From: Myxococcales bacterium | Lineage (GTDB): Bacteria; Myxococcota; B64-G9 | Length of the DNA stretch: 47,631 bases | Direction: 5' to 3' | NCBI GenBank assembly: GCA_027031935.1 | Contig: JALVPF010000093.1 | Coordinates: 1-47,631, forward strand | Shown here: piece by piece, positions 38,869 through 47,631 of the stretch | Layout: every line of letters starts with the position of its first letter | Position numbering within the stretch: position 1 is the first letter of the stretch | Made by a program: the position numbers and the translations under genes | Notes under the pieces: generated by a model | What the model was told of the DNA's origin: nothing | The model's database searches: none | The model's input: the letters and a program-made list of their open reading frames with translations, nothing else

Positions 38869-39411
38869 GTGATCAACCGAAGCGTAGCACGTCGGTACGC
38901 CAGGGCGCTGTTAGACTTAGTGGAGAAAAATCCCGCCGACACGGTCGAAAGGCTTTCTGGCTTTGTTCAATTGATGAAGTCCAACCGAACACTTGCTCAG
39001 GTACTTGTCAACCCAGCCTTTTCCCTGGATGAACGCAACAGAGTCCTGGGGCGAATACTCAAGGAACTCCAATGGGGACCACCGGTAGACAGATTTTTGC
39101 ATCTGCTGGTGGAGCGCCGCAGGATTTCTTATATTGAAGCCATCGCACAAGAGTTCCGCGCCATGGTGGATGAAATACAGGGCATCGTACGGGTCAAGGT
39201 CGAATCGGCACACGAACTCGGGCAAGAACCTGTGGCTCGCATGAAGAGTGTGCTGGCAGATGCCCTGAAGAAAAAAATCATTGTGGAGCAATCGGTCGAA
39301 CCAGAACTCATTGCAGGTGTTGCTGTACGAATAGGCAGCCTGGTGGTGGACGGGACCATGAAGTCCCAAATCGCCAGGCTTAGAGAATCTCTAGCTAGAA
39401 CTCGAACCTGA
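38869..39411 (+). CDS. atpH: ATP synthase F1 delta subunit
   Basis: [30 protein letters not shown]. Confidence 0.95.
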   Translation: MINRSVARRYARALLDLVEKNPADTVERLSGFVQLMKSNRTLAQVLVNPAFSLDERNRVLGRILKELQWGPPVDRFLHLLVERRRISYIEAIAQEFRAMVDEIQGIVRVKVESAHELGQEPVARMKSVLADALKKKIIVEQSVEPELIAGVAVRIGSLVVDGTMKSQIARLRESLARTRT

Positions 39412-39431
39412 AACAACACGTCGAGGTTGCC

Positions 39432-40970
39432 ATGCAGATCAAGGCGGAAGAAATCAGCAGAATCATCAAGGAAGAGATAGCGGACTACGACAGTCGTGTG
39501 GAGGTGGCCGAAACCGGCTCCGTGATCAACGTGGGTGATGGTATCGCCCGCGTTCATGGCCTGGACAAGGTCATGGCAGGAGAGTTGGTGGAGCTACCCC
39601 ACGGCCTTTCCGGTCTGGTGCTGAACCTGGAAGAGGACAACGTGGGTATCGCCATCATGGGTGAAGTGGACAAGATCAGCGAAGGTGATTGGGTCAAGCG
39701 CACGGGAAAAATCGCCTCCGTTCCGGTTGGGGAGCAAATGGCAGGCAGGGTCGTAAACGCGCTTGGCCAGCCTCTGGACGGCAAGGGGCCCATAGATTCC
39801 ACCGAGACGAGAGTCATTGAATTCAAGGCCCCTGGTATCATTGCGCGACAATCGGTCAAGGAACCCCTGCAGACAGGAATCACCGCCATCGATTCCATGA
39901 TCCCCATAGGTCGTGGGCAGCGTGAGCTGATCATCGGTGATCGACAGACCGGAAAAACCGCTATCGCCATAGACACCATCATCAACCAGAAAAACACCGA
40001 CGTCTATTGCATCTATGTGGCCATAGGCCAGAAGCAATCCACGGTGGCTCAGGTGGTGGACAAGCTGAGACGCGAAGGTGCCATGGACTACACCACGGTG
40101 GTTACCGCTGGTGCTTCCGAACCGGCCCCTCTGCAATTTTTGGCAGCATACTCTGGTTGTACCATGGGTGAATGGTACCGCGACAACGGCAAGCACTGTG
40201 TCATCTTCTACGATGATCTCTCCAAGCAGGCGGTTGCATACAGGCAGCTGTCTCTGCTGCTGAGGCGTCCACCCGGACGTGAAGCTTATCCTGGTGATGT
40301 CTTCTATCTGCACTCTCGCCTGCTGGAGCGGGCAGCCAAGATGTCCGACGAATTGGGTGGAGGCTCACTGACTGCGCTGCCGATCATCGAGACGCAGGCG
40401 GGAGATGTCTCTGCCTACATTCCAACCAACGTCATATCCATCACAGACGGACAGATATATCTCGAGACCGACCTGTTCTATGCCGGCCAGCGTCCTGCCG
40501 TCTCCACCGGTCTTTCGGTATCCCGTGTGGGAGGAAACGCACAGATCAAGGCCATGAAGCAAGTAGCAGGCATGCTTCGACTAGAGCTTGCCCAATACAG
40601 GGAGCTTCGCGCCTTTGCCCAGTTTGGCTCAGACCTGGACAAGGCCACCCAGGAACAACTCGCCCGTGGCGAGCGCCTGTTCGAGCTTCTCAAGCAAAAT
40701 CAATACTCGCCATATCCTGTAGAAGAGCAAATCCTTATCCTCTATGCGGGTACCGCAACAGATTCGGACGGAGTGAACTGGATTCGAAAGGTGGAGATTT
40801 CGGACATCGGCAGGTTCCGTGATGAACTTCTTGCCTTCGCAAAAGACAAGCATGCCGACGTATTGAAGGAAATCGTGGAGCAGAAAAAACTGACGGATGA
40901 GATCGAGAAGAAGCTGGACTCCGTGCTGGAAGAGTTCCAAAAGATTTTCGTACCCTCGGACAAGCAATAG
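39432..40970 (+). CDS. atpA: ATP synthase F1 alpha subunit
   Basis: [39 protein letters not shown]. Confidence 0.99.
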   Translation: MQIKAEEISRIIKEEIADYDSRVEVAETGSVINVGDGIARVHGLDKVMAGELVELPHGLSGLVLNLEEDNVGIAIMGEVDKISEGDWVKRTGKIASVPVGEQMAGRVVNALGQPLDGKGPIDSTETRVIEFKAPGIIARQSVKEPLQTGITAIDSMIPIGRGQRELIIGDRQTGKTAIAIDTIINQKNTDVYCIYVAIGQKQSTVAQVVDKLRREGAMDYTTVVTAGASEPAPLQFLAAYSGCTMGEWYRDNGKHCVIFYDDLSKQAVAYRQLSLLLRRPPGREAYPGDVFYLHSRLLERAAKMSDELGGGSLTALPIIETQAGDVSAYIPTNVISITDGQIYLETDLFYAGQRPAVSTGLSVSRVGGNAQIKAMKQVAGMLRLELAQYRELRAFAQFGSDLDKATQEQLARGERLFELLKQNQYSPYPVEEQILILYAGTATDSDGVNWIRKVEISDIGRFRDELLAFAKDKHADVLKEIVEQKKLTDEIEKKLDSVLEEFQKIFVPSDKQ

Positions 40971-41012
40971 GCTCAGCAGGAACCGGCAGGGAACAAAGCA
41001 AGGGAAGACCAA

Positions 41013-41891
41013 ATGCCATCGTTGCGCCACATACGAAAACGAATCAGTTCGGTAAAAAACACCGAGCAGATCACAAGGGCGATGAAGATGGTTGCCGCCG
41101 CGAGATTTCGAAAAGCGCAGGAGGCTGTCATCGCCGCTCGCCCCTTTGCCAGGGGAATGCATCAAGTATTAGCCCGGGTTGCTCTGCACAAGGATGTTCG
41201 GGATCATCCGCTGTTGGCGCACAGAGAGCCAGCCAAGAAAGAAGATCTCTACGTCTTGACTTCCGACAGGGGCCTGTGCGGATCGTTCAACTCGAGCGTT
41301 CTAAGAGCTCTCGAACACTATCTGCTGGATCACTATGAAAAACGCGATTCCATCCGCGTCCACACCATAGGTCAAAAAGGCTACCAGTACTGCAAGAAAA
41401 ACAAGCTGGACATCTATGAAAATGTCGAAGACCTGCTTGGCTCTCCAAACTACCATCGCGCCATGGACCTGGCCCAGGATCTTTCCAGACGCTTCATCGA
41501 TGGCGAAGTGGACAGGGTCACGCTCCTGCTGGCGGAGTTCAAATCAGCAGTTCAACAGAACGTGGTCTTCAGAACCCTGCTGCCTTTAGACCCTCCTGAA
41601 CTGCAGGAAGAAGATCTATCCAGGGTGGACTACCTTTTCGAACCACCCAAGCCGGAATTTTTGGATAAAATTGTTCATCGATACCTGGCAAACCAACTTT
41701 TCATGGTCATACTGGAGTCAGTCGCATCCGAGCAAGGCGCCAGAATGACTGCCATGGAAAACGCATCGGAAAACGCCAAAGAGATGATCGGCGACCTTAC
41801 ACTGCAATACAACAAAGCCCGCCAAGCTGCTATCACTCGCGAGTTGATGGAGATCGTTGGCGGCGCAGAGGCGCTAAAGAGCGCCGGCTGA
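41013..41891 (+). CDS. atpG: ATP synthase F1 gamma subunit
   Basis: ITRAMKMVAAA, SDRGLCG, ARMTAM, RQAAITRELMEI. Confidence 0.98.
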   Translation: MPSLRHIRKRISSVKNTEQITRAMKMVAAARFRKAQEAVIAARPFARGMHQVLARVALHKDVRDHPLLAHREPAKKEDLYVLTSDRGLCGSFNSSVLRALEHYLLDHYEKRDSIRVHTIGQKGYQYCKKNKLDIYENVEDLLGSPNYHRAMDLAQDLSRRFIDGEVDRVTLLLAEFKSAVQQNVVFRTLLPLDPPELQEEDLSRVDYLFEPPKPEFLDKIVHRYLANQLFMVILESVASEQGARMTAMENASENAKEMIGDLTLQYNKARQAAITRELMEIVGGAEALKSAG

Positions 41892-43340
<1,449 letters not shown>

Positions 43341-43356
43341 TCCCAAGGAGCTTGAC

Positions 43357-43776
43357 GTGGCTGGAACTTTCAAACTCAGGCTGCTAACTCCATATTGCAG
43401 CTGTTTTGAAGCAGATGCACAGGGCGTGATGCTTCCCGGCGAGCAGGGCGAATTCGGCATACTGAGCAATCACACGAAGTTTGCTTCAACCCTCAAGCCA
43501 GGGGCGGTTCGAATCGTCACCGATGATGGCAAGACCACGGTGTTTGCCATCACCGGCGGCTTTGCAGAAGTCAGCGACATGGGAGTCATGGTTCTGGCCG
43601 ACTCTGCGGAAAGGCCCGAGGATATAGACATCGAGCGAGCCAAAAAATCCAAGGCTGATGCCGAGGCAGAGCTTGCGTCCATAGATCCATCCAACGAGTT
43701 GTTGAAAAAGCGCATGGAAAAACGCATCGAAAGAGCAGACAATCGTATCAGGCTGGCCACTCACGCAGGGCACTAG
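43357..43776 (+). CDS. atpC: ATP synthase F1 epsilon subunit
   Basis: LTP, PG..GEFGIL..H, GGFAEV, LADSAE..EDID.ERA. Confidence 0.96.
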   Translation: MAGTFKLRLLTPYCSCFEADAQGVMLPGEQGEFGILSNHTKFASTLKPGAVRIVTDDGKTTVFAITGGFAEVSDMGVMVLADSAERPEDIDIERAKKSKADAEAELASIDPSNELLKKRMEKRIERADNRIRLATHAGH

Positions 43777-43810
43777 TCTCTACATCTCAGGCAATTTCCC
43801 CTGATTTCCT

Positions 43811-43975
43811 CAAATCTCCCACACTATTGAATCAGATTTCCCGGATCGCTTGTGAGGTCACGGAGATGCAAGGAATCGTCCGCAGTCGTGGATTCACCAC
43901 GTCGAGGCCTCACCTTACCGAAACAGATTCCGCAGCATCGACACAGAGATCGCAGGCGAGGTGGGAAATCTTGGA
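43811..43975 (+). repeat. 165-bp palindromic element, copy 2
   Basis: Same sequence as 35736..35885 with a few substitutions and a 15-nt insertion (cctcaccttaccgaa). Confidence 0.9.
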
Positions 43976-44035
43976 TTTCCTTCCCAATTGCAATTATGAG
44001 GGGCAGCGTTCCATCCTGGCGTGATTTTACGATGC

Positions 44036-44608
44036 CTATGATTTCGCCAGCGCGTCATTGACAAGATCTCTCACGCCGGTAAGGAAAAAATAAAAACTCC
44101 GAGACTTGTTTTTCTCACCAAGAATCGTACCAATTGCACGTGATCCGGATATTTTCTGATAGACCCCCTCGGTCTCCTTCGCCAGTTCTTCTGACGGATT
44201 CCCAAGTCTGTCCGGTTCTCTGAATTTGCTTTTTTCCTGTTTTTGGGCAATACCACGGATATCGAGTCCCTTCTCGACAGCTTCCAGGTCTCCCAGGTAC
44301 CAGCTTTCTATCTCATGGCAGGCGATGCGAACGAGGGTTTCAGGATGATTTGCCTCCTGGCAGAGTTCAAGCAACCTCTTCTTTACATCTTTGCAATCTT
44401 CAGAATCCTGGTCTCTCAGAACGATAAAGTAGCTGTCAGGCTTTTTCCAGTGACGCATTTTCCGTACTAGCTGTTTTTCGAGATCCTGTTTGCCCTCGAA
44501 AACGATAAACCTTAGTTCTAGTGATTGCATGGGAAGAAAACGAGGCAGCAATACTTTGAGTAATGCCTCTGCTGATTTTTCTTCAAGAAAAAATACAAGT
44601 GTGATCAT
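44036..44608 (-). CDS. DUF4276-family TOPRIM-like protein
   Basis: LVFFLEEKSAE, FEGK.DL, VLRDQD (DxD), CHEIESWYLGD, N.SRSF..F. ATGA overlap with the ATPase. Confidence 0.8.
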   Translation of the reverse strand: MITLVFFLEEKSAEALLKVLLPRFLPMQSLELRFIVFEGKQDLEKQLVRKMRHWKKPDSYFIVLRDQDSEDCKDVKKRLLELCQEANHPETLVRIACHEIESWYLGDLEAVEKGLDIRGIAQKQEKSKFREPDRLGNPSEELAKETEGVYQKISGSRAIGTILGEKNKSRSFYFFLTGVRDLVNDALAKS

Positions 44609-45798
44609 TCGGGATCCGCCCCCTTGAAGAACCCCTGTTTCCAGAGGTATCCCATTTGATCACCCTCCATCACGTAAGTCTTGATTTGTTCATCGTCTCC
44701 TGCCCGATAAACCTGTGCGTACCCGTCTCCGCCCCTGGCGAGCCAAAATACCTCTTCGAGTCGAACAGCGTTGAGGAAATCAGGGGAATGAGTTGAGACG
44801 AAAACCTGGCCACCACGCCTGGCATAGTCACGAAACTCCTCGGCAAGTTCATGAAGCAAGCCAGGGTAAAGCTGGTTTTCCGGTTCCTCGACGCACAGCA
44901 AAGGATGGGGATTTGGATCGTTGAGCAAAATCAAGTAGGCAAACATCTTGATGGTTCCATCAGAGACATACCGATCTACGAAAGGCTGTTTGAATGAACG
45001 ATCTTTGAAGCCAAGCAGCAAACGACCATCCTCTGTAAGAATTGGCTCCACGTTTTCGATGCCAGGCACCCGGCGTTTCATTGTAGCAATAATCTTGTCA
45101 AAAACCTCGCGATGATTGTCATACAGGTTTCGAGCAACTAGTTGGAGATTGTCTCCGCTGTCTGAAAGGTGCTCATCATAGCCAACAGCGTCCTTTGTTC
45201 CTCTTGCCTTGTCTATGTGAAAGTCTGAAACATGCCAGTTTTCTATCAGTTGACGAAAAGTGCTTGCCGCCTTGAACTGGGAGAACTGTCCTAGTCCCTT
45301 GACTGCCAGAATATCAGGTGAGTCCAGAGACTGATCCTCACGAGTTAATTTTTCATCAGGCTTGTTGAAGTCCTCTTCGTTGGAAATCGCATAACCCCTT
45401 CCATGCTGGAAATCTAGAAAGTGAAAAGGTGATCCGTGTCTGCCGCGCTTATAACGAAGCACTTCACGTTCCACAGTGATATCATTGTCTTTTTGACCAA
45501 TACAAAGAAGATAGGTTACAAGACGTTCCACCCTGGCGATATTCATGCGAAACTTGATTTCGATTTCTATCTTCTGTTCATTGGATCCACGACTGACAAG
45601 TTCGCTCATACCTCCTCGTTTTTGAATGGCACTTTTGACATTGTATGTGAGGCAATCTTTCAAAAAACCGAATACATCGAAAAGGGTGGTCTTTCCGCTT
45701 CCATTGGCGCCAACGAAAACACAAAACTCGGGTAAATCTTGCAAGTCAACATTGTTGAATGCTTTGAAGTTTTTTAGTCGAATGGATTCAATTTTCAT
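44605..45798 (-). CDS. ABC-type ATPase (AAA_21/COG4637-like)
   Basis: LKNFK, GANGSGKT, signature VSDGT, Walker B LLCVEEPEN, H-loop STHSP. Confidence 0.9.
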   Translation of the reverse strand: MKIESIRLKNFKAFNNVDLQDLPEFCVFVGANGSGKTTLFDVFGFLKDCLTYNVKSAIQKRGGMSELVSRGSNEQKIEIEIKFRMNIARVERLVTYLLCIGQKDNDITVEREVLRYKRGRHGSPFHFLDFQHGRGYAISNEEDFNKPDEKLTREDQSLDSPDILAVKGLGQFSQFKAASTFRQLIENWHVSDFHIDKARGTKDAVGYDEHLSDSGDNLQLVARNLYDNHREVFDKIIATMKRRVPGIENVEPILTEDGRLLLGFKDRSFKQPFVDRYVSDGTIKMFAYLILLNDPNPHPLLCVEEPENQLYPGLLHELAEEFRDYARRGGQVFVSTHSPDFLNAVRLEEVFWLARGGDGYAQVYRAGDDEQIKTYVMEGDQMGYLWKQGFFKGADPE

Positions 45799-45928
45799 CT
45801 ATAGGGCCCTCCAGGGTCCACATGATCGCCTGTATTTGGCCGTATATCTAAATTGCTGCGATCAAGAACCTCTATAAATTTCCAAGCTTGTGCATAGTAG
45901 TTCAGTTTTGTTCCAAGCTCAAAAATTT

Positions 45929-46771
45929 TCAAAGCTCGTCTTCAGCCAGTACGACGATGGTGTCCTTGGGCCCAATCTCTATCTCCCGGTTTTTATCCAC
46001 GTTCAAGATTACACCGAAGTTTTCCCTTGGGCTATATGCCAGCTCGGCCTTGCGAAAACCCAGGCAGATCTCGTCTCGCTTCAGCACCTGTCCAATCAGG
46101 TCTGCGAAGGTCAGTTTGATGGGTAATGACCCGAAGTATAGACTTGCCGGTTTCAGGTAGATCTCGCTGCCTTCCTCCTGGAAGATATCATCGTAGAGAT
46201 CCTTGATGCGCGGTTCTTCGCTGAGTTGGGCAAAGATCATGGTGATTAGCTTGTTACTGATGATGAAATCGTCCACGTTGGTCTGGGTGATCAGCTCCTG
46301 GTTTTCCGAGTTCAGGACCTGGGTGATCAGCTTCGTGTTTATCTTGTGAACCGAGCTATCCTTCAGGATCTTTCTGAGCAGCAATAAAATCACCAGCGTC
46401 TCAGAATCTGTCCTCTCAGGTGAACTCACCCCTTCTTCCTGTGAGAGAATTATGACGTTGTCGTATATAAAGGGTTTGAGAGCCTGCAGGTCGGCAAACA
46501 CCATGGGGTTTGCGTTGACAAGCTCTATTCTCAGGCTGGTTTTTTCTCTCCGCAGCCTCTGAACCTCAGAGACCACTGCCTCGGATGGATTGTGTACCAC
46601 GATGTCTATTTGCGAACCATTGAGCAAATAGTCGGAGTATTGGTCAACCACTATATGAGCTATACCGTGCCAGCCGAGAATGAGTTCTTTCTCTCTATGT
46701 TTTTCAAGGGCCACCTTTTTATAGGGCAACTGCCGCGGCTTGCAAACAGGCTCACGATTGAAAGGGATCAT
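45929..46771 (-). pseudogene. 5'-truncated CASTOR/POLLUX-like ion channel (C-terminal RCK part only)
   Basis: LILGW, DSETLVILLLLR, DFIISNKL....AQLSE, EGSEIYLKP, LN.DK, D.IVVLAEDE. No TM/pore region. In-frame TAG 7 codons upstream and no RBS. Confidence 0.7.
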
Positions 46772-46830
46772 ATATACAAGGTACTTGTTCTACTGTGAGC
46801 CGAGAGAGCTCAAAGGATCAATAAAAAAAC

Positions 46831-46858
46831 TTGCCATTGCATCAATCATCTGTATGAT
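46831..46858 (+). promoter_or_regulatory. Putative sigma70 promoter of speD-speE
   Basis: A-tract, then TTGCCA-N16-TATGAT. Confidence 0.5.
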
Positions 46859-46864
46859 TCCCGT

Positions 46865-47074
46865 CCGTGTTTAACTGACTAGGGAGTTTGTCCCTTTATG
46901 GACGTCAACCTACATAGCCCGTGCTTGTGCGTGGATTAAGGCAGGTGGCTGTCTCCAGACTCCAGTAACCCACCTCCCCTTTTCCGTCGAACACCAAATC
47001 TCCTTTGGCATCACAGGCGCGGCATAGCACCAGGCTTTGCACCCTAGGGCACGGGTACGAGCAAAGGAGAGAGG
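46865..47074 (+). promoter_or_regulatory. Long structured 5' leader of speD with candidate uORF (46898..46939)
   Basis: About 210-nt leader with complementary segments, including anti-SD tctcctttg versus caaaggaga. Confidence 0.45.
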
Positions 47075-47497
47075 ATGGTGGGCACCTTGCACCAGTTAGG
47101 AACTCATCTTATAGTAGAGCTGACAGGATGTGACTTCAGGAACCTGGATGACGAAGGCAAAATCAGGGACCTGATGGTCCATGCTGCCAAAAAGGCCAGG
47201 GCCACGGTCTTGGATGCAACTTTTCACAAGTTTTCACCACAAGGAGTAAGCGGAGTGGTGGTCCTTGCAGAAAGCCACATGTCCATTCACACATGGCCCG
47301 AATTGGGCTATGCAGCCGTGGACGTTTTCACCTGTGGCGACTATGCCATGCCGCATCGGGCTGTGGACGAACTCGTCAGTGCCCTCAAGCCCCAACGTAC
47401 TGATGTTCAGGAAATGCCAAGAGGCGTACCTGAACCAGAACCTGCTTATGCTCAAAGCAGCTTCTCCCTGGATCTGCTAACGCAGGAGTCTTTGTGA
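47075..47497 (+). CDS. speD: S-adenosylmethionine decarboxylase proenzyme
   Basis: GTHLIVEL, HKFSPQGVSGVVVLAE|SHMSIHTWPE, DVFTCG. Confidence 0.96.
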   Translation: MVGTLHQLGTHLIVELTGCDFRNLDDEGKIRDLMVHAAKKARATVLDATFHKFSPQGVSGVVVLAESHMSIHTWPELGYAAVDVFTCGDYAMPHRAVDELVSALKPQRTDVQEMPRGVPEPEPAYAQSSFSLDLLTQESL

Positions 47498-47631
47498 GCT
47501 GGGAAAACGATAATAACTGGCTAAAGGATGATCTATCCAAGGATCAAGTCATTCTTCACAGGATCAACAAGAGGGTATGCTCCGCCCAGACCCCGTTCCA
47601 AAAGGTGGAATTGATCCAGACCGCCAGGTAT
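47494..47631 (+). CDS. speE: Spermidine synthase N-terminus (partial)
   Basis: GTGA overlap with speD and AGGAG RBS. Translates MSWENDNNWLKDD...HRINKRVCSAQTPFQKVELIQTARY, matching the SpeE T.FQ.VEL motif. Confidence 0.75.
   Translation, partial: MSWENDNNWLKDDLSKDQVILHRINKRVCSAQTPFQKVELIQTARY

Noticed and set aside
43827..44024. 65-aa ORF here and the 75-aa minus ORF at 35757..35984
   Set aside because: Both are translations of the palindromic element, with no RBS or family motif. Not called as genes.
43976..46830. att-like direct repeats bounding the AT-richer insert
   Set aside because: I found no shared repeat at the two junctions, and no integrase or tRNA.

Overview
Chromosomal window from a bacterium whose gene content points to Myxococcota or another deltaproteobacterial lineage. 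Clues are an MglA-family GTPase, a DifA-like MCP, PilZ proteins, giant Cys/Asp-rich lipoproteins and an F1-only atpHAGDC cluster. Housekeeping genes are cax (partial), fadD, apgM, hsp20, lon, an OPT transporter, ackA, rlmE, moxR, atpHAGDC, speD and speE (partial). Accessory content: (i) two tandem exported paralogs with a non-cleavable pilin-like helix near the C-terminus, one ending in a full GspG head; (ii) a degenerate 5'-nucleotidase fold fused to a probable beta-barrel; (iii) an MglA-like GTPase/PocR kinase/receiver/MCP/CheW/degenerate-GGDEF signalling run; (iv) two giant repeat lipoproteins, one ending in a matrixin protease and coupled to a small possibly TIMP-like partner; (v) an ECF sigma/anti-sigma/lipoprotein module; (vi) a ~150-bp palindromic element in two full copies plus one internally deleted copy; (vii) an AT-richer insert with an ABC-ATPase + TOPRIM-like (DUF4276) pair and a truncated CASTOR/POLLUX channel; (viii) a long structured speD leader with a uORF and an anti-SD. 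I saw no tRNA, rRNA, CRISPR array, integrase or transposase. All family calls come from motif recognition by eye, not database searches.
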